64,000 nt of DNA, taken from Marsupella aquatica. Its lineage: Eukaryota > Plantae > Marchantiophyta. The position numbers and the translations under genes were made by a program. The notes beneath the pieces were generated by a model that saw nothing but the letters and a program-made list of their open reading frames with translations, did not search any database and was not told the DNA's origin. Shown here one piece after another: positions 10,946-24,100 of this stretch; the first letter of the stretch is position 1; each line of letters starts with the position of its first letter. Location: the NCBI GenBank assembly GCA_973895155.1, contig OZ316897.1:5349976-5413975 (forward strand), written 5' to 3'.

Positions 10946-13900
10946 CTATTCCAAGTAAGAAGACTCGGACTCGCTACTGCTAGACCTATCCGTAGACTCA
11001 GCTTCGTCATCTATAAATTCGCTTCTAGGTCCATCGTTGAGTAAAGGCTGATGGATGAATTTCCTATCTGAACCTCTTCTTAACCTTAAGCCCTTACTCT
11101 CCCAAGTAAGGGTTCTCCTCTGTTCTTCTTTTCGGGCAGCATATTCTGCATACGATGGCAACACGAAAGGCTTCTGAGGAGAAACGAGAACTTTTCTCGA
11201 GGATTTCCTCTGAAGATTAAAACGTTCTTGAAGATTCCACTCCGATCTGGAAGAGGAACGGAACCATATTAGAATTGAAAATGAAAATGGCATAGTAACA
11301 GAATCGATAATGTAAAGTGAAGTAGCTTACGGGCATTACTCAGAAGAATCCGAATCTTCTGTTTCTTCCATCGTATGCCTCTCCTTCTCGTCTCCGTCAT
11401 TTTCCTCTCCTTGTCCTCCTGAAGCATCATCTCCAACAGCATCTCCATCCTCTTCATCTTCAGAGTCGAAATTTAAGACAGAACGAACTTTATCTTTTTG
11501 TTTTCTTCCCACATCTTTAGCGGGAGATGAGGAACTGACATCCTTTGGAATCAATAAATCCATCCATGTCTTTTCCGCAATCTCAACAAACTCTTTTCGG
11601 TTTTCTATACCAAGAATAAAACGTCCACAATAGTCACCAGCAACAAATGTACTTCCCGAACCCACAGTCCAGTCCATGACAATGTCACCCGGACGAGTGA
11701 TTAACTCTAACACAGATTGCATGAACCCAACGGACAAGCGTCCATTGCCAGCAAACGCTGTTGAAGGAGTTGGATCCTTCTTCACACTTGGGAGACCAAT
11801 AAGGTTAGTGATAGAAGGATCTTCAGTTGCAAAGAGGGGTCAAAACTTGGGGTCCTTTGGAACCTTAACCTTTGACAAAACACGACTGAACAGATCCAAT
11901 CTCAATGTGAAAACCTGTGAAATCCCAACAAAGTCCATTGTTAAGATGCCGACGATCCAACCAGAAAATCATTCAAATCACGGCATAACAATGAAATTTG
12001 GATAGCGCCAGGCGCTAACAAAGAATATCCCCTTAACTGAAGGGTAATGAAAACATTTTTAGCTAGCGCTCGGCGCTAACAAAGGACAGCACGAAGAGTG
12101 AGAGAATTTACCTGGCAATCACTTCGGGCCATGTACATTGGAACTCCCATAACCATGTTCAGGGTTTTCACACACTGAAACTTTTGAGACTCCTGGCTCG
12201 CGGCAATGACCTGCAAGATCTGATCATACTCGCTAGTATGCAAAATGGCCAATATACCATCATCTGCTAGAAAGGGGTCCATTGCGCGAAAGAATGAACC
12301 AACAATTCTGTGATCTGGGGAATTCCATTTTGGAGACTTCTTCTCTAAAAGGGATGGACGCAGTCCAGTTGGGAGGTAAACGAATCCAGCATCAACTCCA
12401 AATGATCTTATCTTTCCTCCTCTTATGACTCCTTTCTCCCTTAGACCAAGCAAGACTAGGTCTTTCACCCACTTCTCCACATTTGACACCCAAGCTGGTT
12501 TCTGCTCTTTCGTGAACACACTCTCAAAGAAGTCCATTACATTGGACTCAACAAAAACATGCCTAGAAGTCTTAGACTTGAACTGTCCAACATCTCGTTG
12601 AACACCAGTAGAAGCGACCGAATCCCGAGAGGAAAATCCATGATCCGAAGATTTCTTTGTCTTCTTCTTTGTGCTGGTGGCATCTGCAGGTCGCACCATC
12701 TTCTCCGTGTTGGGAGGAGTCTGTTCATCAGGGACATCTTGTTCCCCCGTATCAGCTTCAGAGACTCCAGGAGTGACAGTCGTCTTTGCATCTTGTGTTT
12801 CTTCTCCATCCGATTTCCGTCCACCTAGAAAAAGATACAAAAGTTTCCAAGATTACGGTCCACATAACACCAGCGCCGGGCGCTAACCAAATTGCACTCT
12901 CGGGTGCTAACCAAATAGACAACTTGATCTGCAGCGCTCGTCAAAAAAATACAGAATGCCACTGGAAAACAACACAAGCGCCGGGCGCTAACCAAACTGC
13001 ACAAAAATCAAGCAATAAAGGCACACCAACATATGTGGCGCTTAACAAAAAGTCACCTAAATATCCAAACTAGTGAAGAGAAAATACTGAATGCCAATGA
13101 AAAATAGAAGAATGTCACGTTTCTTCCCAGATCTCGTTGATGGGCTGGTTACTCCAGTGTCTACTTTTGCTTTCGCCCTGGGTTTTTGACTCCTGTCTAC
13201 ATGCAAAACTTCTGTTTCGCAATGTTTCTGTAGCTCGCTCGCCGAGGCATCTACATCTTCCGATAAACCTTGTTTCATTTAAGAGAGAACTTTCCGAGGC
13301 ACTAAAGACTTTGATAATTTCAGAAATGCATCCTTTTCAGCTTCATCGAAAGGGGTGTCCCACTTATCTGTGTCAAGATACCATGGACAGTGGGTTATCT
13401 CCCACAATGAAATTTCACGTGGTGGAACGTCCCCTTCGGCAGGGTACATTGAGTAAACTTTGCTCCAAGCATCCCCCTCTAGAACGGACCATTTCTGGAA
13501 TGCAGGAGGGTAAGCCCAAAAATACTCTAGAGAACTGGTCTCCATGGCCATGTAGAAGCGATACAGATATCTCTTGGCTCGCTTCTGGTTGCGAATGGTA
13601 TAGTCTTCCTTGTCTCCGTACTTGGACTGCCAAATTGTGCTAAAAAACTTTGCCTTCACTGTTTCACCGTATGTCTTGAAATCATTGGTGATGTTCAAGA
13701 CCAATGCTTCAAACGTCTCCACTCCTCCTAGCGTTAGACGATCAGCAAGTAGGATCGACTGGACTTGCGAAAGAGATGTCTGTAACATTGCAATTAGCGC
13801 CTGGTGCTAACTAACCTTGCAAAAATCAAGCGCAATCGACCAAATTCAATAGCGTTTATGCAACTTGAGGAATACTTACTGGTTCACCGTGTGCATAGCT

Positions 13901-14589
13901 GCTTCAAGCTCAACTAGAAAACCTCGATCTCCCTTAAAAACAGTGCATTGAACACGCGGATGGTACTTGATATTGTCTGGATTCTCATTTGTTACTTGGG
14001 TCCATGAGTAGAGTCGATGATTCCCGTCAAAAACACAGAACATCTTATCCTTTAGAATATGGAAATCTGGATCAGTAGCACATTCTGCTTCAAACAAGTC
14101 GTTCTGGGCAACCCAAACAGCATCCCAGGTCTCCCGAATTTCAGGCGTGCAGAATTGAACAACTCCTTCTGAATCTGTGGGCTGGACGTAAAACCGCATC
14201 CCAATTGAAGAGTTGTACCCAGAGCTCCGAAACGAATCCTTGAGCTTATCGATAGATGCACTATTTTTCTGCAAAGTCCGAACGATTTCCATGTGAACAA
14301 GCCGACAAAGAGGGATACGCGGCGGCTCTTTCTTCTCCCCTCTGAAATCGACTCCAAACGACATTGCATATTTCTCGATCACAGCATCCATGGAGAGGAC
14401 TCCCTCGCCCCCGTCCTCCATCACAAAATCTCTGTAAGACTCCATGATGCCTCGTTTTGGCTTTGGAATCGCCTGACTAATGTTTCGCAAAGAGTTCGAC
14501 GCAGACGAACGAGTGACTCTCCGAGTATAAACTGATCCGGAGAATGAGGACTCAGATGTTTCAGAATGGCCAGGAGAATGATTCTCCAT
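10946..14589 (-). CDS. Multi-exon ParB/Srx-like domain plus beta-class N4C/N6A DNA methyltransferase-like protein (MULE cargo)
   Basis: Exon 13880-14589: IPLCRL..VR...SIDKLKDSFRSSGY...VFDGNHRL (ParB-like). Exon ~12112-12825: VDAGFVYLPTG (position of motif IV) and FLADDGILAI. Exon ~11336-11915: LITRPGDIVMDWTVGSGSTFVAG...FILGIE (motifs X/I/II). GT-AG introns inferred; at least one frame disruption possible. Confidence 0.75.
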
Positions 14590-15822
14590 GTTTGTTTAAG
14601 ATGCATACACACGGGGAACCCGCACCGCAACGTGCTTCTTGCGTGATGCAACGTTTCTTGTGGTGCTGTACCGATATGGACGAATGATTGACAACGATCC
14701 TAAACGTGCGCATAGGTCGTTCTAACGATCAAGGAAGACACTATTGCGAAAAGATCTTATCTGATATACCCTGTGGCAGACCGACATGTATCACAAGTAC
14801 TCATCGAAAAGCATGAGCATCCAAAAGCAGACCTACTAAAGGTTGACACTTGTCACATTTTAACTAGTTATAGGTACTCGTGAATATATTTATCCAAGAA
14901 TTCGTTATAAATTGTAACGATAAACGGTCAAAGTTACCGTTTAAAAAGACCGTTGATCTGAGTATTCTACTTCGATCTAATATTAGCGCCTGGCGCTATT
15001 ATTAGGCGAGACTAAAATATATCTTAAAATGATGGATTTTAATAATAGCGCCTGGCGCTAGTAACATTGTACTAAAAAATCAAGCGAATGAATGGACTAA
15101 AGCGTGAAAGATTTTGTAATAAACGGATTCTATTTCTATAAAGTTTATGAAAGTCCCAGGCGCTATTTTCTTTTAGTGTCAAATATGGCTCAAATGTATA
15201 GATTTCAATAATAGCGCCCGGCGCTAGTAACGAGACACATGAAAAATGGTATATGTTTGGACCTAAAATGTGTAAGTTTCTATAAATAATGTGCGAGTAC
15301 ATCTTGACAATTTTATGACTTTTATGATAGCGCCTGGCGCTATTATTATGATAGCTTGTAATCGTGCTCAAATGGATCGATTTTAATATTAGCAAAGGGT
15401 AACATTGTCATCTGACATAAATAAGGGGGTATTTCCAAGGAAACACAATATATTTCCAAGCAAACCCGAAACCTGTCGTAGGATTTTAACCTGTGTCAGT
15501 AACCAAAATGGTCGATGATCTTTTCTTTTGTTGTTCATTTTTGGGGCTATTTCAGATGTGGACAATGCTAGCGCCTGGCGCTACTATATTACCCCGTTGG
15601 TTACAACGTCAAAACCATTAATTTAACAGTAACTTTCCGCATAATTGATGGTTTTGTCGTTTCTTGAATGGTAAGAAAATCCGTACCCAACGGATCCTAT
15701 AACCGCTAGACGGCTCTTTCCTTTTGAGACTTGGATTTAGAAGAAACCCTCAACCATACAATCTAGATTGATCTTACCATGTATCATTATTTTATGTAGT
15801 CGGTTATCTTTGGGGAGTTAGA

Positions 15823-18800
15823 ATGTCTCGCATTATTGGAATAACGTGTCCGAATATAGGTGACGTTGTGACGATCCCTGTGTCGATTTCCAAAACCAAG
15901 AAACGTGTTAGTGATAATTACCTGTGTGGAAGATTTGGGGTGACGAGAAAACATATTTTGAGTATCAGAACTTTGAACGATGGGCCCGCTCATTTTGATA
16001 CTGAAGCGGAGGACGTTGTTTGGAATCTCGAATATGGTGTGGAGTACTTGATTTTCATTCAACTAAGGGACATCGTTCATGTCAAAGTGGAGAGGAACCA
16101 GGTCGCTCACGATGTGATTGACCTTACGTCTGACGCTGAATGCTCTGAGGGTTCTCCACCAATCTCAAGGGGCGGTGAGGTCAATAAGGAGGGCGGAAGT
16201 ACCAGTTTGTTGACGCCCCAGGTACCCCCCATATTGATTCCGTCGGAGGAGTCTGATGATGGAGACACTCTAACTCGTCCTGTTCTGGTTGTGTACAGAA
16301 GAAGCGCACTTGATGCCTTGTTGAAGTCAACTGGACAAAGTGAGTTAGCGCGCTTTGTTAGGTCCGAGGCATTCATTCACAAACAGGTTGAATGCTTACC
16401 TGTAGAGTACAATGGGAATGTCATATTTGAGCTTCCACCTGTTCAAGGTGTTGGCTCGAAAGGGGATCGTCTATGAAACATGGATCGATGCAAGGACTGC
16501 TACCTTTGGACTAGAATCCTTCCTACTTCTGCTAATGTCGTTCCGAAGAAGATGTGGGAGTTTGGGAAAGTAAGCTGTAGTGGTTCTCTCGAATGCCGAA
16601 ATAGAGCATGTGAGTTTTACACCAGGAATCAAGTCAGAAACTGTAATGGATGGGATGGGACCCCCAAGCTCTCTGGTCAGCATTGTCCTGGGAGGTTTAT
16701 CGATGCTGGAGGAATTGTTTGTCGCTATTGCCTTCAAGTTCCATTTTGTGTTGAGTCTTGTCCAGCAAAAATGTTTTATATGTACCCGCAAGTTTTGATC
16801 GAAAATGACACTGCAAAACACATGTCACGACTTGCAATCCATATAGGAGTGCACAACCATCCATGTCGGAAGGTCTGGTCTAGAAGTGCTGAGAAAATAG
16901 CAATAGAAGAAATACGGAGACAGCATGAGAAGTCTCCTTCTTCTACACCGTGCGTTTTGAAAAATGAGATCACTGGATCTTTAATGGATGTCGTAGGTGA
17001 GTCTGTGGATGACATTTCAAAGCTAGAAGAATCAGAAATCTGGAAATCACTTATGCTCGTTTCAACGCCTCAGAAGTTTTCTGCGTTATTTAAGAGCGTT
17101 CGCAAAGATCAGGTTGGTCGAGGTGATTTGGAATATCTGGTTCGCATGCAGAAGAATGTTACGTTTCCATTTCTCCAAAGATATCTTCTTCCTGGGCAGG
17201 GCTGTAAAGGTGATAGAGCGCATATTTTCAAAATGACTATCAAAGGTCATGGATCGGGAGTAGATTTACTGCGTCAGATGAAAAAAGGGGGGCCTCTAGA
17301 AGGAGCATGGGTGAGCTTTGACGTGATGAAAAGGATGTCGAAAGAATGGAGTACTTTTAGTGCACATGTGTATGACCATAACTATCGAGCTTTGTGCACA
17401 ATATTTACTTGTGAACTCAAAGCAGAGGACACTGCATCGCTTGAGAAAGCTTGGAGGTTGATGATCAAAGTCGCTTTGGAGAACGGTTTAAACGGTATGG
17501 AAATCCATGGTTTCATGGCGGATAACGCTCAGGCGGGATGGATAGCGGTTAGGAATGTCTTCTTTGACGGCCATCCAAACCCGGAGAGAGAGCGATCGGA
17601 TGCATTCCACTTTTATCAGTCTTTGCATCGGCACTCTATCGAAGGAGTACTTGAAGAAAAACATGTTGAACATAGAATCCTTTGGGACAAGTTGCGGAAT
17701 GCCGCTTCATTTGTGGAAGCCTACAGGGTTTCACGAGAGATTGATTCATGGTGGAGATCTAGAAATTGTATTCCTGGGAAACTTAGAATGTTGCAAGGAT
17801 GGATCGCATGGTGGGTTGTGAGGTGGCGACAGTGGGGAAATTTCATACGTTTGGTGAGTCAATATATACTAGCGCCTGGCGCTAGTATTAATATTCCTTC
17901 TGTAATTGTGATATTTACTGATGTTTTTGCCAGCGCCAGGCGCTAACGAATAGCTTGATAGCTTCTTCAATGTTCACAATGATTATGAAAACATTCATAC
18001 CTTTCATCCGCCCATTTTGAAGTTCCGCTTTTTTATTCGATATATTTTACTAAATTTGACAAAACTCTTTTTCAGAGCAAAAGTGCACTTGAAGGGGGGA
18101 TGATTCCCAATTGCACTGGTTCTGAAGCTGTTCACGGAATCATGAAAGCATGGCAGGGAAAGAAAACAGTTGGTTTGTTCGAAGGATGTAAGACCGATCA
18201 CAATAGAGCAATCTCACAAATAGCAGCCTATACAGCATATCGTGAAGGGCTCCATCGGGGTACCGGTCCTACAGTGTTTGAATTGGCTTTTCGTTCGGCT
18301 GACCAGGCAGGGTCCCCGAAACTCTTCGAAGAAGCCTCTAATATGTTACTCGCAAATGCAGCAGAATTTGATTTGGAGAGGGATTCTCCGTTGAATGGGG
18401 ATTTTGTGACGAAGTCTGTGAAAAGAAAAGGTCCGGTGACCGGGAATGTCTCTCCACAAGACTCCCATCGACATGACACGGTCCTCATAACTACGCCAAA
18501 CACCCGAGGTTGCAAGAGGAGAAATTTGACCTCAGCCGAGTTTGAGCACATTCCGATACTTAGAACTCCTCCTTCGAATCCAGTTATCAATTTGTCTGAA
18601 AGTGGCTCTCCAGTTTCCCATCATGTCACTCAATCTTCCGAAGTTCCAGAAAGTGTTCCGAACACCACTCCATTCATTCCTGTAGACACTTCGCTTTTTG
18701 AAGTGGACGCTGTACCCGGGTCATGGCATTTGCGGAGAGTTTCCAGACACGGTGCTGGACCATAGTGTAATGGGACGTTGTCTGGAAGTTGTGATCGAGA

Positions 18801-19569
18801 TGAGTGTCGTAATCGAATTAAGAAGGTCGGATATCCTTCAAATGCAGGGGTTGTCGGAATAGTCGTCAAAGGTTACCGCTTATTCAGAGGTGAACACCAT
18901 CCAGAGCTTGTCTGGTTCTGCCCCACTCGTGATTGCTGGAAGAGCCGCCCTCGTCGAGGTATTGTGAACCTCCCTACTTGCCCAGACTTTTTGCCAGTAC
19001 AGAAAGGCACTCATCTTTCAAGTCTGGAGTTGAATTTCCTTAACGAGCAGGGCATTGAAGTCTCAAGAGGAGGTGCTATTTCACGTTGTCCTTCTCCATT
19101 TGAACTGAGAATCAACATTGACGTTTTCCCTGAAAAGATCGATCTTGCACAAGTCAACATCCGTTTTCGAATGAGAAACGGGCGTGCGATGAGCTCCAGA
19201 TCAAATCTCACTCAGGAATATCGTAAAAGGATTGAATCAGCAACGAAAGAAACAATGACTTTGATCAAAACTATGGAAGTTTCATCGGGAAATTCATACG
19301 GGAAACGATTCCAGATACGCACACATGCACATTTACGAACTGCAAATACTTACTGGGTGCAGATTTGCATTTTCCCTTGTTGCTCTTGTGAAGATTTCTT
19401 TCGTCGACATTCTCGAGGGAAACCTTTCATGCCATGTAAACACTTGTACTGGGTTTACAAAGTTATCTGCAAGCTTGATCCTGTGGACAATATCCTCCCA
19501 AGCCAATCGATTCTTACCATTGCAGAACTGCGTTATATTCTAGGGAGGCAGAATGCTGATGGTTTATAG
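15823..19569 (+). pseudogene. MULE (MuDR-like) transposase with N-terminal GCM/WRKY-like Zn finger and C-terminal SWIM finger
   Basis: CPAKMF...HIGVHNHP; catalytic VSFD, GFMADNA, SDAFH, GSEAVH; SWIM CSCEDF...PCKH; phase-0 intron 17854-18075; in-frame stops at 16474 and 18763. Confidence 0.88.
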
Positions 19570-20139
19570 GAAGGTTTAGTATTCTAGTTTACGTTCAACG
19601 GGTATGTAGGACTTGTCGTTTCGTAACGGTAACTTTGTTTTGGTTAGCGCCCGGCGCTAGTAAACAACCTTTGGTTGCTTTTCAACACGGCTCAATCTTT
19701 TGTGGGTTGCACAAAACACTTAATTTGTTTTTACAATTTTACGGATGTGTAAATTTCATTGTACGGGTAACGGAGATTTCTTTGTATTCAATCGTCACTT
19801 GGACTTCAATTTTGTTAGCGCCCGGCGCTAGACTTCATTTCCTTACTTGGTTTCAGTTTGTAGTCTAGGTCTGAACGTGTGGATTTCTTTCGCATGCATT
19901 CTCGAGGATGACCTTTTCTTGCCTTAGAAACCGTTATACTCTGATCATTCTGGTAGATGGTGAGCGGGTATTTTGTTAATGATATTTTGTAACGGTATCA
20001 AACGCTTGGTTAGGACTAAGCGCTAGTAAAGGCATCTTCCGAGAATTGTCGTTTTCCCCATCTTTTTGAGTTGATGTTGAATTTGACTTCTTTGGTTTGG
20101 TCCAAAATTAAGCCGTTTTTCTTCAATGATAATACCAAT

Positions 20140-20214
20140 TCTCCTGTTTTGTTCAACTATTTTTCCTGTTATGATCATCACTGTTTCCTGTTTCCTGTCA
20201 CGGAGGTCGGGCCC
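20140..20214 (-). repeat. MULE right TIR
   Basis: TTTTCCTGTTATGATCATCACTGTTTCCTGTTTCCTGTCACGG matches the left TIR. Confidence 0.85.
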
Positions 20215-20585
20215 GATGGCGGTGCAGTGGATAACTTCCCAATCAGCTGTTGGACCCGTTGGGTGTAGCTCTGCAAGGAATCAGTTGGCTTCATCTTGAT
20301 AGAGTTCAGTCGGGACATCACTCTAGAATCAGCTCCAATCTGCTTGAACTCTTCCTCAAATGCTGACTTTAGCCTCGGCCAATCAGCTTTCACTCCAGGT
20401 GTCAAAGCATTGTACCACCTCATAGCTTCACCATCAATCAATCCATGAAATAGCATCTTGGTAGTGGGTTCATCTCCCTCATCATTGGCTACTAAGGTTG
20501 CCAAATATTGTTCCATCCAATCATCCACATCTTGACTACCATCTCCTTTGAATCTAGTGTACTTGATTTGAAAGGAGGGAGGCAT
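20215..20585 (-). pseudogene. gag: Gypsy gag N-terminal (retrotransposon capsid) part
   Basis: FKGDGSQDVDDW...LIDGEAMRWY...WPRLKSAFEEEF; reading frame joins 9159 via the TSD (..TAPPS|NLQL). Confidence 0.88.
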
Positions 20586-20629
20586 CTTGATTGATCAGCC
20601 TATTCATTAAAAATGTATTATTATTTGAT

Positions 20630-20935
20630 TTATGTACATTTGGGCAATGAAAAGTGTACATTTGGCCAATGAAAAGTGTACATTTGGGGATAGAAAAGTG
20701 TACAATTGGCCTAAAGAGTGTACATTTGGGCAATAAAAAGTGTATATTTGAACATAAAAATAGGTACATTTGGCTTTAAAAGTGTACATTTGAGTACATT
20801 TGGCCTAGAAAGTGTACATTTGAGTGAAAGAAACATAAATTTGGCTTAAAAAGTGTACATTTAAGTGCAGTTGGTCTAGAAAGTGTAACTTTGAGTGCAA
20901 CAAAGTGTACATTGGCCTAAAAAGTGTACATTTTC
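20630..20935. repeat. Degenerate ~20-bp minisatellite (AAAAGTGTACATTTGGCC-like)
   Basis: About a dozen imperfect copies of AAAGTGTACATTTG; probably subterminal repeats of the Sola-like element. Confidence 0.8.
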
Positions 20936-21185
20936 CTACCAACTCTTATTATAATCATTTAAAAGAAAGGAATGAATAGAAAAATATTTTTAATTATGCA
21001 AAAAAGCAAACATTCATATTCATAACGATCAAAAGTTTAGAAAATGAGGAGATAGTATAACTAACACTCAATGACATGGTCTCACATTAAAACTATTAGA
21101 ATGCTAAAAAACTAATACGTAAGTTACTATGTTTGAATGAGTGTCGACTATTTAATTATTATAGCTTCGCAAGTAACAACTAAGT

Positions 21186-24100
21186 CTACTTGTCCATCCT
21201 TTGGAGATAACTTTGGACAGTTTGTAGAACATTTTGAGGAATCTTCAAACCTCTGCCCGCCATGTTTTCTTCTTTCATGCTAGATTTAAAACCATACATT
21301 GCAAAATTTGCATACTGCCAATGTTGAACGTTCTCACCAAACCCTGGATCTCGTTCCCATGTCTTAGTGGACATGAAGCAGTTTAGATACCGTGCACTCT
21401 CAGTCACATCAAGTTTAGAGTGTTTAGGCCTCCACCATTCGACTGGAAACATTGGAGCATATTGTTGAGGCAGAGGAGGGTTTGTTGGAGATGTAGTTGG
21501 GACTTCATGCTTAGGGTCCACCGAACCCAAAGCTCTCACCAACCAAAAATGACCTCCACCATTTTTATTCTCCCAGTCATCCTCGGGTCGAAGAAATACA
21601 AAGTTCCCTTCATGAATATCCTGTAGGGGAATCCACCGTCCTTGTTCTCTCTCTCAGCTCGAGATCCAACAAATGGTGCTGCTTGATCTTCCATCTCTTC
21701 CAAGACCTCATTTTGAAGAGCCATCATCTTTGCATTCTCCTCATCTTCACTTGAGGACCACTTTGTTCCGGTTGGTTGACCTTGTAACCAGTGCCATGGT
21801 TAGTCTTAGGCCAAAATCCATTTTTCAAGGGAAATTGAGTACTTCCCTCCCCTTCTAGTGCGAGCCCATTTGTCAACAACTCCACAATCCTCTCCCAATA
21901 TTTCACAAGAGGAAATCTTTCCTTAATATGCTATAGATGTCTCATCAGTGCAACTCCTTCTCAAAAAATCAAGGTACTTGTTAAGAAATGGGATAATCTC
22001 TTCAGATTTTTTGTGTATCTCTCCAATGGATTTAGCTAAGGGCTCTCCACTAGGTAAAAAAGAGAATTTTTTGTTAGAACTATTGCCCAAATGCACCTTC
22101 CTCCAACTGGAGCCCAAGCTTGCTTTACATGGGACTTATACTGAAATATTGGTACATTATCTCTCATAGAGAAAAGAAATGATACGGGTTTTGAGTGACC
22201 TTGAATATCTTTAACTTTGAAAGTTTGAAGATATTCTTTGTAAGATGCAACTTCTTGTATCAATCTGGGAACTGGATGAATGCTCTCACATTCCCAAACC
22301 TCTGCCATAAGAGCAAGGAGAGTTGCAACTTCCTTGTGCTGAACTTGATATGATACCTTCGAAAAGAGTGCATCAACATCTTCGTGTGTATGACCAACCA
22401 TTAGAAAAGACATTTGAACAGTTTTAAATACTCCTCTACTCACAAGCTCACTACAAAATGCCATGACAGTCTGGTTTTTGTTATCCTTTGCTAAGTTATC
22501 CATTTGTAGTGTTAGGTGCCTTGGCAAGGGCTTGAAAGATGGACTGCCTTGTTCCCCATGCATGTCCCCTCCTTGATCCTCACCATGTAGGGTGGAGACC
22601 ATCTCCGTCTGACTCTCGGCTACATCTTCAGAACCAATATATCTATTCATTGGAATACTCTTTGGTTCCAAATATCCCTTAAAAAATGCATCAAAGTCAA
22701 GAAGGGCTTGAAAGAAAGGTCTATGAGGTTCCAAATAAAGGCCATCCAACATGTCACCTGTTTTGTCTCCATTGTACTCTTCAAGGTCTTGAAGACACTT
22801 AGCCAAGGATGTCACGTCCGTGAAATCAGCATCTCCTGGCCAAAGGCCAGTGATGTACACTAAAGTGTGCATAGACTCCTGGATCCCTTCCGTGGGTCAA
22901 CATCCCTGTGAGAGTAATAGGTAGTGGCATCCCATGACCCAAAAGCGATTTAGGAGTACTGACCATTTTTGGAATCCACGTCTTTGCTTGATTCATCTTG
23001 TTGTGAATGATGCAAAGATATTCCCCTGGATGTTGCTTAGCCATCACTCGATGAGCATAGTAAACATATCTACGTGACATCTGCTCACGAAGATGTTGCG
23101 CTTGTTTTTCTTCAATTTCAGCACACTCTTTTTTCCTTCTTTCTCGCATCAAACTATCTTTGTATTCACAACAAATAGTACACTTGGCAAATGCACCATC
23201 TTTATGGAAACTGAAGTTTGTGAATGATTTGCTCCAAATCTTGTACAGAGTATTCTCTGTAACTGGGTGAAGCCCCTCTTCCTTCATCTTTGTTCTCACA
23301 TCTTCCAAAATCTCCAACTTCTTGTAACATGCTGGAAGACGATACTCAATGGAGTCTGTCCCATGAGCCCCAGCATAAGGTATATGAGGCATGGGCTCTG
23401 CATTTCGAGTCAAAAAATCCTCCAATAGAGCTCGTGCATGCAAGGTATTTGACCTTGTTTTCATGGAGCCCGTGTTTCCATGGAACCCAATTTTGCAACC
23501 CTTCACATATCTCCTTTTGTAATCATAATATTTCGTGTGGCTAAAGCCATGGATGATTGCAAATGCATGTCTACATACGACCATACCCTTGAGAACATGG
23601 TGCCCCTTATCACGAACATCATCTTCTCTGTAGTGGAAGAGGTTGAAAATGTGTGATGTTTTTGACTCGCTAGACATCCCGTGAAATTCTATCCGGATAT
23701 CTTCTATGTCTTCTCTTGGCATAGTCAGACAACATTTATGCTTGCAACAATTCTCTCTTTTAATTTCATCAATCGAAGCTTCCGTTGTTTTTGAAACTGC
23801 CTTGGTTTCCAACAACCTTCTCTTCTTTTCAATCGGATCTACATGAGTCCTCTTGTTAAAAATGTATGGCCTTGTGCGTGGCATTCCCCTATCATTTACA
23901 TTTGGATAGAGATCATCCCTATCCACCGTCTCCATCCTTTCTGAACCTTCAACCAAAATGTCCGACAAAAATTTCCCGTTTGCAAGTAGTTTTGTTGAAT
24001 CAATCCGCCACCGAACCAAAGTAATTACTCCCCTATGGAAATTGGGAAAGTATTGCGATTCCACCACATCTTTCACAACAATCCTTACATGGTCCTCACC

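Larger units (their letters stand above)
9353..19830. repeat. Dispersed 15-bp palindrome TAGCGCC(N)GGCGCTA, 18 copies
   Basis: Starts at 9353, 9739, 9975, 10890, 12003, 12064, 12871, 12976, 13795, 14984, 15046, 15212, 15328, 15569, 17870, 17931, 19645, 19816; all within the MULE, in intergenic or predicted intronic DNA. Confidence 0.95.
9160..20214 (+). mobile_element. Mutator/MULE DNA transposon (~11.05 kb) inserted in Gypsy gag
   Basis: 9-bp TSD GATGGCGGT at 9151-9159 and 20215-20223; G...C termini; TIRs CCGTGACAGGAAACAG.AAACAGT...CATAACAGGAAAA at 9171-9213 and reverse complement at 20161-20203; MULE transposase inside. Confidence 0.93.

Noticed and set aside
10946-14589. Bacterial contamination or prophage explaining ParB and methyltransferase
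   Set aside because: Gene has GT-AG introns and lies inside a MULE with TIRs and a TSD, nested in a plant Gypsy element
20554-20789. Short ORFs with repeated KCT/MYT/NVH
   Set aside because: Minisatellite translation
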